A stretch of DNA of 64,000 nt from Candidatus Babeliales bacterium (GCA_050179755.1 JBFXEV010000001.1:681994-745993); one strand, 5' to 3'; numbered from the stretch's first letter, positions 10,317 through 20,293 are shown. Numbers and translations: made by a program. Notes: generated from the sequence alone by a model not told the origin.

Positions 10317-10756
10317 TGCAAAAATTTGAAGAAAAGATTTTGAGTGGCGAATTTGACGCTGCCAAAGTTGTCACGGAACGCATGAATAAAGATGAGCTAA
10401 TGCAAGAAATATTATACTTAGCATGCAAAACGCGTAACGTTAGTATTTATGGGTTTGTAGTTAATGAATTATTGAATGCAGAAAAAGTTGAATGGCATTA
10501 TATTGCTGCCGAAATGTTATTAGCGCCCTTATCGATTATTGATGGAGCTTATGCTTTGGGGGTGTATCATGCGCGCAAAGCTATACAATTAGAACCCGAA
10601 AACTTAGAACATAAGAAACTTTTATTGGCTTTTTACTCAACCCCTGAACCAGTTATAAGCAGAGAAGAGGCAATTAATTTATCTAAAGAAATTATTGTAT
10701 TTGAACCTAACAATGAAAGTGCGTTGGAGATACTGCAAGATGATAATAGAAAATAA
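10316..10756 (+). CDS. Putative cognate immunity protein (TPR-like helical)
   Basis: Translationally coupled to the toxin; acidic; YGFVVN..H..A..L..GAY....YHARKAI.L.P motif. ORF track starts at 10304. Confidence 0.6.
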   Translation: MQKFEEKILSGEFDAAKVVTERMNKDELMQEILYLACKTRNVSIYGFVVNELLNAEKVEWHYIAAEMLLAPLSIIDGAYALGVYHARKAIQLEPENLEHKKLLLAFYSTPEPVISREEAINLSKEIIVFEPNNESALEILQDDNRK

Positions 10757-10783
10757 ATTCCACCTATTAATACTCTTGAGAGG

Positions 10784-11740
10784 ATGAGTCTTGCGGGTGA
10801 CTATGTGCTAAAAGAAATCGTAGAACAAATATTAAAAGGAAATTTCGAGCAAGCAAATGAGCTAATATTGAATTACAATGAAGATAATTTATATAATTTA
10901 GTATTTTCTATTGCTTACGACTCATCTACGATTGCAGCTTATTCTTTTGTGGTGAATTTGTTGATAAAAAAACAAAGCAGTGAAAATCATGGTTTGGTAG
11001 CTGAACTCTTGGCGCTTCCATTATGCTTTTATCATGGGGCCTATAGTGTTGCTCTATATCATGCCAGAAAAGCAATCATATTAGATTCAACCAATAATAT
11101 TGAAAATACAACGTTCTTAATTTTATTTCATGATATTCCTGAACAATTAGTATCACCACAAGAGGCATATCAAGTTGCTACAAAAATTTTACACGTTGAT
11201 CCAACAGTGACAGTTGCGCAAAGGGTGATAAAAAAGTATGAGAATGGTCGCTTTGATACTGATATTAGTTTTTTGCCTGTATTTAAGATTAGTGCTCTAT
11301 TAACAGATCGCCTTACTAAAGAAATGTATGTTTTGCTCAATTATGCCAAGTTTGAAGAGGTGAGGGAGCTTGTGAAAGATATCTCTCTTGATCAGCTGTT
11401 TACAATGATGACTATTATTAGTCAGCAAGAACAAACTCTTACTCTGTACGGCTATGTAGTGAACTTATTACTTCATCAAGAAATTGGCGTAACTCATCAA
11501 TTGGCATCAAGGGTTTTAGTAGAATTGCTCAACACGATTGAAGGTGTTTATGTTTCTGCGTATTGGCATGCAAAGAGAGCAGTTGAGTTAGCGCCGCAAG
11601 AAATTGAGTATAAGTTATGGTTGCTTAAGTTTAAAACATTGCCAGGTGATTTACTCAGTAATGATGAAGCCGTTAAACTTGCACATAACATTATTGATAT
11701 TGATCCTGATAATGTGGAAGCATTAACAATCCGAGGTTAA
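10784..11740 (+). CDS. Tandem two-domain paralog of the immunity protein
   Basis: Two copies of the same motif (YSFVVNLL..GAYSVALYHARKAI and YGYVVNLL..GVYVSAYWHAKRAV). Confidence 0.65.
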   Translation: MSLAGDYVLKEIVEQILKGNFEQANELILNYNEDNLYNLVFSIAYDSSTIAAYSFVVNLLIKKQSSENHGLVAELLALPLCFYHGAYSVALYHARKAIILDSTNNIENTTFLILFHDIPEQLVSPQEAYQVATKILHVDPTVTVAQRVIKKYENGRFDTDISFLPVFKISALLTDRLTKEMYVLLNYAKFEEVRELVKDISLDQLFTMMTIISQQEQTLTLYGYVVNLLLHQEIGVTHQLASRVLVELLNTIEGVYVSAYWHAKRAVELAPQEIEYKLWLLKFKTLPGDLLSNDEAVKLAHNIIDIDPDNVEALTIRG

Positions 11741-11749
11741 ATTTTAGTT

Positions 11750-12031
11750 ATGTATTTACGTTTAGCTAAAGCAACAGAAGATAATGAATCTGTAAGTTAT
11801 TGGGTTGAAACTACCGCAAAAGATCCTGATGTTACAGAACACGTATTAAAAACAGTTAAAGGATTTTGCATTTTTAATAAAAATACGGAAGTGTTATCTT
11901 TTGATGTAATTAAAACTGATTCTTTTTATTTGTTAAGGCCAATGGAACGAGCGTATATATTGTATCGTTTAAAGCAATATAATAAAGCCTCACAAGGCTT
12001 TCCGACTCTATTTGATATTGCAACGGGATAA
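11750..12031 (+). CDS. Small hypothetical protein, possible orphan immunity protein
   Basis: 93-aa ORF closing the toxin/immunity operon. Confidence 0.45.
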   Translation: MYLRLAKATEDNESVSYWVETTAKDPDVTEHVLKTVKGFCIFNKNTEVLSFDVIKTDSFYLLRPMERAYILYRLKQYNKASQGFPTLFDIATG

Positions 12032-12040
12032 GCTGCTCTG

Positions 12041-12664
12041 CTACTTTAAATCTAGAAAATTAATATCAAGCGGCTTGTGATCTTGCCAATCTTGATAATC
12101 AAAATGCCACCATTCGTGTGGCAATCCCACAAAGCCATGTGCGTGCATAATATTTTCTAAATAACGGCGATTTACTTGGCAGCGGTAAGGGCAATCGGTA
12201 GACGATCGCCATGCGCGTTCCGTAAGATCATCAAAAAGTGTTGGCATTTCAACTTCGTGACCTGTTGCCAAATATACAAGCGTTAGATCAACTGCCGTGC
12301 CGCGTGTGTGCTTTCCACCCATGGCAGGATTGGCGACATATTTTTCTTGCGGTGTGCCTTGTACCACGTTCCACATTATTTTTTGCACCGACAACGGCCG
12401 GTAACCATCCCATATTTTTAAGCCGTAGCCATTTGCATTTAATTCTTTTTGTACGTCAGCAAGAGCAAGTGCCACATGCTGGAGCAAATAGCATTCAGCC
12501 GAAGGATAAAGCACTTTGCCAGTAAAATTATCCGGCGTTGCATATTTAATATCTACCACAATATTGGGAATAATTTGTTTAACTTGAACAAGTGTGTGCT
12601 CTTGTGCTGGTGTAAACCAAGAAAATAAGGTGGCAAGTGTTCCAAATAAACCTAATGCAAACAT
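12041..12664 (-). CDS. ddpX: D-alanyl-D-alanine dipeptidase (VanX/DdpX, peptidase M15D)
   Basis: KYATPDNFTG, IWDGYRP, HTRGTAVDLTL, EWWHFDY motifs. Confidence 0.9.
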   Translation of the reverse strand: MFALGLFGTLATLFSWFTPAQEHTLVQVKQIIPNIVVDIKYATPDNFTGKVLYPSAECYLLQHVALALADVQKELNANGYGLKIWDGYRPLSVQKIMWNVVQGTPQEKYVANPAMGGKHTRGTAVDLTLVYLATGHEVEMPTLFDDLTERAWRSSTDCPYRCQVNRRYLENIMHAHGFVGLPHEWWHFDYQDWQDHKPLDINFLDLK

Positions 12665-12674
12665 AGTATTCCTT

Positions 12675-13373
12675 TTATGGTTTGGTATTTATGCAGCGTA
12701 AGCGTTTTTGTAATTGCCAAAAATAGAGAGCGGTAGAAACGAGTGCAATCCAATAACTTGCAAGATGTGCATAAAAACTAAATTCATTGATATCTTTAAA
12801 TATTTTTTGTGCGCCTTCAAGTAGTTTTAGCCCACTTAATATGATCTTTAAACCAGTTGCTTTTTTAAATACGTTCCACAAAAATTTTAACGGGTTATAG
12901 GTGACAGCTGTTTGTGCGACTGTTTGTTGTAACTCTTGCAACTCGTTCGTGAAATAGAGCCCTGCCAAAACTATAGGAATGGAAAAAAATAATAAAGAAA
13001 CAAATAGTATGCGCAAAGAGATTGGCGTGTTTAAGCATATCCATCGATCAATAAAGCTGCGTAGGTTGCTTGGATAATGTGCTATAACGCACATAAGAAG
13101 ACCAAACGCTAGTATCATGCCCAATGCCCACGGGAACCATTCTGGCGCTTCTTGATATACTTTGATGGTTAAACTCGGGTGCCCCGTGCGTTCTTCTAAT
13201 TGTTCTTTTGCATAGGTGAACACGTAATTATACATCGTTGGCATTGCTTGGAATACCAATAAACCGGTGGCAAATTGTACTACCATAATTAATGCGTAGA
13301 CAAGCTTGCGCACAGTGCCAATTTGGTTATCTTTTAATTTACCGGTGAGTTTGCCAGTTTGCCATATATACAT
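12675..13373 (-). CDS. Hypothetical membrane protein
   Basis: About four hydrophobic segments; the ORF-track start at 13394 lies inside a repeat, so MYIWQ at 13373 is preferred. Confidence 0.55.
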   Translation of the reverse strand: MYIWQTGKLTGKLKDNQIGTVRKLVYALIMVVQFATGLLVFQAMPTMYNYVFTYAKEQLEERTGHPSLTIKVYQEAPEWFPWALGMILAFGLLMCVIAHYPSNLRSFIDRWICLNTPISLRILFVSLLFFSIPIVLAGLYFTNELQELQQTVAQTAVTYNPLKFLWNVFKKATGLKIILSGLKLLEGAQKIFKDINEFSFYAHLASYWIALVSTALYFWQLQKRLRCINTKP

Positions 13374-13385
13374 TTTTAAACTTTC

Positions 13386-13453
13386 ACCGCTCATCCCAAG
13401 TGCCCGAAATTTTTGAAAAAAATGACGGGTGTATCGAGGGGTTTTTGAGCGGT
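13386..13453 (-). repeat. REP-like palindromic repeat, copy 1
   Basis: Reverse complement reads CCCTCGATAC-[inner hairpin]-CACTTGGGATGAGCGGT, as at 27156 and 60531. Confidence 0.75.
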
Positions 13454-13461
13454 TTAAATTA

Positions 13462-14097
13462 TTATGAGTTTTTAATTAAAAATTCAAACGCTATCTGACT
13501 CCATGATTCCATACTAGTAAAATATGGCTTGCACGCTTCAAGAGTCAAGAGTTGCCCACTTTTAAGTTCTGATTTCACGCTAATTTGATTATTGTCACCT
13601 TCAAGCAAAAACACAAATCCAATATGTACTTGCCCTACTGGGTTAGAATCGTCATTCAGTACGCCCACCGGTTTGATTTCAAGATCGCCGTTATATGAAA
13701 CTTCTTCATGAAACTCGCGCTTTGCCCAATCAATAATAGAATCACTTTCCATATCTTCTTCACGTATATGGCCACCAATGCCAAGAGAGAATTTATTTTG
13801 CAAACGTTTTTCGGTTGCGTCACCCTGCCGTTGCATTAAGAAATACGTATCCTCATGCTTAAAAATCAGATAAGGAATAATTTGCTTGTAGCTTGGATCG
13901 GTTTCCATAATACTGCGTGGCAAGAATTCTTTTTTTTCTTGAATGGTTTTTAAATACGTTTCAAAATTAACTTCTTTAAGCCCAGACCATGGTGCGTGGT
14001 GTGCAAATAATTCTTTACGTTTTACTACCAAGATAAGTTCATCTTGTTTATTGGTTATTGGTGATTGTTGTAGTTGCGGTGATTGTTGTTGTGCCAT
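13462..14097 (-). CDS. NUDIX-family phosphoesterase
   Basis: ETDPSYKQIIPY, SLGIGGHI, AKREFHEEV Nudix-like box, VGQVHIG. Confidence 0.85.
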   Translation of the reverse strand: MAQQQSPQLQQSPITNKQDELILVVKRKELFAHHAPWSGLKEVNFETYLKTIQEKKEFLPRSIMETDPSYKQIIPYLIFKHEDTYFLMQRQGDATEKRLQNKFSLGIGGHIREEDMESDSIIDWAKREFHEEVSYNGDLEIKPVGVLNDDSNPVGQVHIGFVFLLEGDNNQISVKSELKSGQLLTLEACKPYFTSMESWSQIAFEFLIKNS

Positions 14098-14296
14098 GGG
14101 GTATGCACCTTTTTTTGTGTAATTTTTACATTTTAATATTATAGTCTATTGTGCTCTTTTTATAAGCGTCGCGCAACCAGTTTTTTAATAAACGATAGCG
14201 TCATCTTTTTTTGCTTACGCCGTATGCCTTATCCTTGTACTTTGGTCATTGCTTGGTCTATCCTAGAGTTGAGATATATGCGGTAAGGAGGACAGT

Positions 14297-15142
14297 ATGA
14301 TTATAAAATACTTTGTATATGTAAACATTATATGCTTTGTAGGTATGAATAATTTGTTGGCAATGAAAATAAGCATTGCAAGTAAATTGCAATGCCCAAA
14401 TCAAGCAACGTATGAGTTAGTAGAAGCACTCAAAAAAGATGAAGTGGATAAGGTGCGGGAAGCGCTTAAAGTAGTTAATGCTCAAACATGCGTGATCGGT
14501 ACTGAGCTGTATGATCAAATCGAACCTAAAGTACGTACTTTTAGACTTTCACTATTGCAAGTGGCGACTTTGTTTATGGCAGAAAAATCCATTAAAGAAT
14601 TGCTGACTCATGATATTGATGTGAACTTTGAAGATGCAACAGTACAAGGTTGCCAAGGCCATGGCCCTGCGCTTTTGGTGCTTTGCAGAACATTGCAGCC
14701 AGAAGATCAACACAAGGGGCATGGGATATTGCAATTGTTACTTGATAGTAAAGCAAATCCCAACATACGTGATATCGTGGGCACACCTCTGACCTATCGC
14801 GTATCTGCGGGTGATTGTGAAAGCGTTAGGCTGTTACTTGGCGCACAAGCTCAACCAAATGTGGTAATGCTGTGCAGACGATTTGATACGCAGCGTATTG
14901 AAAAGCACATTTTATTGAGAGCTGTTGTGCATGATATTGAAGCACGCAGAGGAAAAGATGATGCAGCAATTGCTGCGCGTGTTGTAATTTTACGCGCATT
15001 ACTTGGCGCTGGTGCCGATCCAACTCTTTGTTCTCTAGAAATGCCAAATCAAGGAGTGTTTCAAGAGGAATCAGCATTAAAAGTGGTAAAAGACCAAAAA
15101 CTGAGAACGCTGTTGTTGCAATCTAAAACAAAAAATGAATAG
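14297..15142 (+). CDS. Secreted ankyrin-repeat protein
   Basis: Signal peptide; LLDSKANPN..GTPL, LLLGAQAQPN, LLGAGADP. Confidence 0.75.
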   Translation: MIIKYFVYVNIICFVGMNNLLAMKISIASKLQCPNQATYELVEALKKDEVDKVREALKVVNAQTCVIGTELYDQIEPKVRTFRLSLLQVATLFMAEKSIKELLTHDIDVNFEDATVQGCQGHGPALLVLCRTLQPEDQHKGHGILQLLLDSKANPNIRDIVGTPLTYRVSAGDCESVRLLLGAQAQPNVVMLCRRFDTQRIEKHILLRAVVHDIEARRGKDDAAIAARVVILRALLGAGADPTLCSLEMPNQGVFQEESALKVVKDQKLRTLLLQSKTKNE

Positions 15143-16487
15143 CAAGAGAATTGTGATGGAACATAAAGAAGCAATAGATTTATTAGAAAAGCACATGCAT
15201 GTTTTGCAGAACGCGCCAGATGATTATACTCCTCTTCTTAATTACATTGGCAATGCATCACTAGTATTGCTTGGTGAAGCCACCCACGGCACGCATGAAT
15301 TTTATGAAGCACGCGCGCAAATTACTAAGCGTTTAATCCAAGAAAAAGGATTCACGCAAATTGCGATCGAAGGCGATTGGCCCGATGCATACCGTGTGAA
15401 CCAATATATTCACCAACGTACGGCCACTAGCGCTGTGCATGCACTTTCTGATTTTAAACGATTTCCTGCATGGATGTGGCGCAATGCTGAGATGGTGCAC
15501 TTTATTGAATGGCTGCGCATACATAACACCAATGTGCGTGAGAATCACAAAGTTGGTTTTTACGGCTTAGATCTTTACAGTTTGCATCGATCTATGGAAT
15601 TAGTTGTTACCGAGCTTGAAAAGTTCGATCAAGTAAGCGCGCAAAAAGCACGTGAGCGCTATGCATGCTTTGATGCGTTCCCTGATCCGCAATATTATGG
15701 CCACCATGCAACGCTCTATCCTAATGATTCTTGTAGGCAAGCAGTGCTTGATCAACTTGTTGCATTACAAAAAAAAGAATTAGATTTTTATAGAGAATGT
15801 GCCATGCCCGCGCGAGAGTGCCAATTGTATATTGAGCAGAATGCGTTGGTGGTTGCCAATGCGGAGCATTATTACCGATCTCTTTTTGAAGGTCATCGTG
15901 CAGCGTCATGGAATATACGTGATGCACATATGGCACAAACGGTTGATGCATTACTGAAATTTGGTGTTCGTGGCAACGAATCTCCCAAAATTGTTATTTG
16001 GGCGCATAACAGCCATCTTGGCAATGCCAGTGCCACCCAAATGGCAAGTTTTGGTGAAATTAATGTGGGGCAATTACTCAAAGAACGATATGGTGCAAAA
16101 GTAGTTTCTGTTGGATTTAGCACGTATCATGGCACCGTGAGTGCTGCATCAAATTGGGGGAGTGCCGTTGAGCGCAAAATTGTACGCCCCGCGCTGCAAG
16201 GAAGTTATGAAGCGCTGTTCCATGAACTACCATTTGAAAAGGTTGTGCTTTTTACACATGATGATGAGCGTATTAAGCAGTTACTTGCGCCAGAGCGTTT
16301 GCAGCGAGCGATAGGTGTTATTTATCTGCCAGAGCGTGAGCGAGCCAGCCATTATTTTTATGCAAGTTTGCCCGCGCAGTTTGATGTAATGATTCATTTT
16401 GATACTACGCATGCGCTGGAGCCGCTTGATAAAAGTGCTGAATGGGAACAAGGTGAGTTGCCTGAAACGTATCCATTTGGAACGTAA
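15135..16487 (+). CDS. Erythromycin esterase family protein
   Basis: LLGEATHGTHEFY, IEGDWPDA, FPAWMWRN, WAHNSHLG, RAIGVIY motifs. Confidence 0.9.
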   Translation: MNSKRIVMEHKEAIDLLEKHMHVLQNAPDDYTPLLNYIGNASLVLLGEATHGTHEFYEARAQITKRLIQEKGFTQIAIEGDWPDAYRVNQYIHQRTATSAVHALSDFKRFPAWMWRNAEMVHFIEWLRIHNTNVRENHKVGFYGLDLYSLHRSMELVVTELEKFDQVSAQKARERYACFDAFPDPQYYGHHATLYPNDSCRQAVLDQLVALQKKELDFYRECAMPARECQLYIEQNALVVANAEHYYRSLFEGHRAASWNIRDAHMAQTVDALLKFGVRGNESPKIVIWAHNSHLGNASATQMASFGEINVGQLLKERYGAKVVSVGFSTYHGTVSAASNWGSAVERKIVRPALQGSYEALFHELPFEKVVLFTHDDERIKQLLAPERLQRAIGVIYLPERERASHYFYASLPAQFDVMIHFDTTHALEPLDKSAEWEQGELPETYPFGT

Positions 16488-17483
16488 CTATTTTTCTTGT
16501 GTTACCAATTTTGCAGGCTTATCTCTACGTAATCCTTTATATGTTGGATGGCGTAACTTATTATATTTGGTCCATTCAGTAAAACCAACTTCACACACTA
16601 ACTGTGGTTTTACCCAATGCACGCCTTTAAGTGAATCGTCAAAGTTTACAAATGGATTTTTGTTTGTGGCTAATTTATTAAATTTATTTGTAAGATAGAG
16701 AAGTTCTTCTGTATCAAAGCCGGTGCCAATTTTACCAGCATAGTGTAATTTGCCGCGTTTATAATAGCCCACTAAAATTGCACCAAATCCAACGCGAGAT
16801 CGTTGCGGGTCCGTGTAGCCGCCAATCACTAATTCTTGTTCTTGCACACATTTGAATTTAAGCCAATCGGTAGAACGTTTGCTTTGATAGGTACTATTTT
16901 TATATTTTACTACCAATCCCTCCCATCCTTTTTTGCAGATAGTTCTAAAATAAGAGGCGCTTGCTTTGAGTTTGTGTTGTGTGTAACGTAATGGTTTTTC
17001 AAAAGTCATTACCTTACGCAATATTTGCTTACGCGTGATCAGTGGTAATTGAGTAAGGTCGTAGCCATCAAGATACATGATATCAAAGATATAATAATAC
17101 ACGGGAACGCGTGTTTTGGTGGCGGCTTCTTTGGTGCGGGCGTGCATGCGCTGTTGCAAACGCGAGAAGTCAGAAAGGCCGTTTTTAAAAGCTACAATTT
17201 CTCCATCAAGAATCACGTTTGCTGGTATTTGTGCGATGGCATCTTGCACATCAGGGTAACTAATATTCATTGATAGGTGATTGCGTGATTCAAGAGCAAC
17301 TTTTTTGCCTTTTTTTATGGCAACGCAACGCTCGCCATCAAGTTTGTGTTCGTAAAGCCAATCTGAGTCATAGAAGTAATTGTGGGTTAATGTTGCAAGC
17401 ATTAAATTAAACGTGGAGGGTTGTGCTTTTTTTTTGAGTAATTTTTTTTGTTCTGGTGGTAAGTTTTCTAAAATGGGATTCAT
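16488..17483 (-). CDS. ligD: ATP-dependent DNA ligase (stand-alone LigD ligase domain)
   Basis: EHKLDGER motif I, LDGEIV, FDIM, EGLVVK, WLKFK, LRHP. Confidence 0.9.
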   Translation of the reverse strand: MNPILENLPPEQKKLLKKKAQPSTFNLMLATLTHNYFYDSDWLYEHKLDGERCVAIKKGKKVALESRNHLSMNISYPDVQDAIAQIPANVILDGEIVAFKNGLSDFSRLQQRMHARTKEAATKTRVPVYYYIFDIMYLDGYDLTQLPLITRKQILRKVMTFEKPLRYTQHKLKASASYFRTICKKGWEGLVVKYKNSTYQSKRSTDWLKFKCVQEQELVIGGYTDPQRSRVGFGAILVGYYKRGKLHYAGKIGTGFDTEELLYLTNKFNKLATNKNPFVNFDDSLKGVHWVKPQLVCEVGFTEWTKYNKLRHPTYKGLRRDKPAKLVTQEK

Positions 17484-17639
17484 GTATGCTCCTGTTTTAT
17501 ACTGTGAGATTACAGAAATGTGTGAAGAGTTTACAAGTGTTTTATAGAAATATTGGATTCTATTTTAATGCATTATAGAAGTTTGCTTACTTATTAAAAT
17601 TATTATATAGTTCCAGGGATTTTCTTTAATGTATGAATG

Positions 17640-17876
17640 CTTACGCTTCGCGCCTGTGCGGCGGGCATGAGACCTTTTGCTTCTCCAAAAGATCTCAACT
17701 AAAAGGAGCCAAGCTAAAGCTTGACCGGTCGGTAACGCCTAACCTTCCACGTATACAGCCTGCTAACGCAGCCTGTAACGAGAAAATAGGCTACCTAAAG
17801 TACTTTTACGGTAGGATTTTTAACTGACTATTTTACAATAAGTTTTCCGCCTCAAACGGCCGGCTGGGCCGACTTC
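17640..17876. repeat. GC-rich multi-hairpin intergenic element (left part of a composite repeat)
   Basis: Hairpins GAGACCTTTTG/CAAAAGATCTC, CAAGC/GCTTG, ACAGCCTGC/GCAGCCTGT, and an enclosing GTCGG/CCGAC. Confidence 0.5.
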
Positions 17877-18171
17877 ATAAACTACCCTCCTTTAAATTTA
17901 CGATTATATACCATTGTATAAGCAATGGTTTTTGTGACATTGATAGTTAAAAAATCCTGAAAAAGGGATACGTAAAGGATTCCCTCTTTTAGCTTCACTT
18001 TTTTACAGCGCACCATTGTAGCGCATTGGCACGATGAAACTTGTGGGTTTTTTGAAAATTTTAATAAAGAAGTCTGATGGAGCTGCAGCACTACTGCGCC
18101 TGAATAGGCGTGCAGTCAGGGCAAAGCGCATGGGCGTGACGAAACTCTTTATGCTTTTAGGAAATTAATAA

Positions 18172-18367
18172 AGTAGTTCTTATGCGCGCTGCGTGCATAC
18201 TTCGTCGTGAAACGACGTGAAGTATAGCGCTCAGCGATCGAGCGGAATGGTCCAGCGGAACGCTGGTGCTTTTTTGCGTCCTTTTTTTGCACAAAAAAAG
18301 GCATGCGCTGCCGCGCGTAGCGGTACCAGGGATAATGATTGTAAAATGGTAAAGCGAACTTCTACAT
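18172..18367 (+). repeat. ~195-bp structured non-coding repeat, copy A
   Basis: Closely matches 58964-59159 with compensatory changes in stems. Confidence 0.85.
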
Positions 18368-18531
18368 TACTACTGGAAAGTAAAGAACAATCTCTAGTGG
18401 CAAAACAAGACTCAGCATTGTAAATTAAATGGTCTGCTAGAAGTTATATAAAATCTGGAATTATTTTTTACATTCTTTTTATTTAGGTTATAGTTATATG
18501 AATTTAAATGTTCTTAACGAAAGTATTTGCC

Positions 18532-18843
18532 ATGAAAAAATTAATTTTATTGGTTTGGTTGAGTGCATTTTCAGTAAACCTGATAAAGACGCAAGATCAA
18601 GAACAAGCATGTGATCCTTGCGAAAGAGCTTATTATTATATGTTGCGTACCGTGCAAGCAAAACCAGAACAATTTCAAGAATTATATGATAAAAGTTTAG
18701 AATATAAAGCGGAATGTAAAAAGCAACAAGAACAACAGATTAAACAGTTTGTAAAAACTAAAGATTACCAAAATTATGTTTTATCCTTTGGTTTAGGACT
18801 TGCTGTTGGTGGTGTTCTTGTTAAAGCTTTATTATCAAGCTAA
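18532..18843 (+). CDS. Small exported protein with C-terminal membrane anchor
   Basis: MKKLILL signal, CxxC, C-terminal GLGLAVGG helix. ORF track starts at 18508. Confidence 0.55.
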   Translation: MKKLILLVWLSAFSVNLIKTQDQEQACDPCERAYYYMLRTVQAKPEQFQELYDKSLEYKAECKKQQEQQIKQFVKTKDYQNYVLSFGLGLAVGGVLVKALLSS

Positions 18844-19607
18844 AAAGATTGTTTTTTGTTATTGCGCGCAATAAACAACCAATCTTGTTCGATCGAATCG
18901 ATTATGGATAAAGTCTTAAACGTATTCCAACTCGTGCGAATAATCGGCGTTGGTTTATGCCGATGCTTCCACACATACAACCGCGTTTTAGGATCACCAG
19001 GGCTTCCACTACCAAAATTGCCATAACGCTTTTTAAGACGTTCATATTCTAAATCTGAAGCAGATTTTGCCAGTATTGATGCAGCACCCACGATGGTGTG
19101 ATTTTCATCCGCGCGATGCTCAGGAATAAAATGAACTTTGCGTAAATTTCTACGTTTTAGAGAGACTTTAAGTGCATCAAGTTGCGCTCGTGTTTCTTTG
19201 CTTAATAAATGGTTAAATCGCTCAAAAAATAGCTTTTCAGAGACTTCCCAGTTATCAATAATAACACTACCAAGTTCGGTGCTTGTTTGCTTTTGCAGGT
19301 CTTCCACTATTTTGCATACCACAAGCATTTCCCATGCGTTGAGATTGAGAGCTTTATTGTCGATCATATGGGGTTTTAGCTTGCGCACTGAGAAGGCGAT
19401 TGCCGTTTCTTTAATGAGCTTTGCAAGTTCGTCTCGCTTTTTGCGGGCAATGAGCTTGCTGTCTTTTACACCCTTCTCGTGCCAAAGAGCAACGGTTGCA
19501 GGGTCTGCTACCACGCCTGCGATCATGATTGATCCAATAACGGGGCATTTAGTGGCATCATCGATGCCAGTGATTAAAGTTGAAGGGTTAAGAATGACTT
19601 GTTTCAT
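18840..19607 (-). CDS. rnhB: Divergent archaeal/eukaryotic-type ribonuclease HII
   Basis: GIDDATKCPVIG, GVKDSK, EHRAD..VGAASILAK, FGSGSPGDPKT, IRTSW. ORF track extends to 19679. Confidence 0.8.
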   Translation of the reverse strand: MKQVILNPSTLITGIDDATKCPVIGSIMIAGVVADPATVALWHEKGVKDSKLIARKKRDELAKLIKETAIAFSVRKLKPHMIDNKALNLNAWEMLVVCKIVEDLQKQTSTELGSVIIDNWEVSEKLFFERFNHLLSKETRAQLDALKVSLKRRNLRKVHFIPEHRADENHTIVGAASILAKSASDLEYERLKKRYGNFGSGSPGDPKTRLYVWKHRHKPTPIIRTSWNTFKTLSIIDSIEQDWLFIARNNKKQSF

Positions 19608-19736
19608 AATGAGCTCTAGATCATAGTATCCGAATATGCTTAAGCCGTCAATTACTATTTTGTAATAATTCTTGCACAATGAAAATAGCTTTTTGTATAC
19701 TGTTACTAGGTACTATATTCAAAAAGGAGTATTCTT

Positions 19737-20225
19737 ATGAAAAAATTAATGCATGCGACTAAAAACAGCTTGCCAGAAAACCAACGTGTTGAGCTTTGTG
19801 CCATTCTTAATAAAACACTTGCTTCTACCACTGATCTTTACGTTCAATGTAAACAAGCACATTGGAATATTAAAGGCATGAGCTTTATAGGGCTTCATTT
19901 GCTGCTTGATAAAATAGCAGAAGAAGTTGAAGAACAGGTAGATGTTGTGGCAGAGCGTGTGACCAGCCTTGGCGGCACGGCACTTGGCACCATACAAGAA
20001 ACAGTCAAGAATACTCAGTTGCGTGAATATCCGGTGGATATTTTTGATGAAAAAGATCATATTGCGCATTTAACGCATAATATTGCGATCTTGAGTGAGC
20101 TTGCGCGCACTGATATAGAGAAGTCAGAAGAATATGGTGATATGGCAACTAATGATCTGTATATTGATTTAGTGCGTATGCTTGAAAAGAATTTATGGTT
20201 CTTAGAAGCGCACGTGCAAAAGTAG
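19737..20225 (+). CDS. dps: DNA starvation/stationary-phase protection protein Dps
   Basis: KQAHWNIKG..FIGLHLLLD, DVVAER, LWFLEAH. Confidence 0.95.
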   Translation: MKKLMHATKNSLPENQRVELCAILNKTLASTTDLYVQCKQAHWNIKGMSFIGLHLLLDKIAEEVEEQVDVVAERVTSLGGTALGTIQETVKNTQLREYPVDIFDEKDHIAHLTHNIAILSELARTDIEKSEEYGDMATNDLYIDLVRMLEKNLWFLEAHVQK

Positions 20226-20243
20226 CAGCTTTTAAAAAATAAA

Positions 20244-20288
20244 TCCCGTGAAAGATAGTATAATTTAACATTCACGGGACTTTTTTTT
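20244..20288. terminator. Bidirectional terminator-like hairpin
   Basis: TCCCGTGAA/TTCACGGGA flanked by A and T tracts between convergent genes. Confidence 0.55.
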
Positions 20289-20293
20289 ACTAG

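Noticed and set aside
15135..16487. Erythromycin esterase and VanX-like gene (12041-12664) as antibiotic-resistance genes
   Set aside because: Both are broad families; there is no van operon or mobile context, so resistance is unsupported.
18217..18423. 68-aa ORF, with similar ORFs at 58620-58820, 58681-58878, 17633-17827 and 17882-18091
   Set aside because: They lie in or beside the non-coding repeat; similarity is at DNA level and the frames are not preserved between copies.
19138..19626. 162-aa ORF antisense to RNase HII, and the many other short antisense ORFs in the track
   Set aside because: Shadow ORFs overlapping well-supported genes, without RBS or recognisable motifs.
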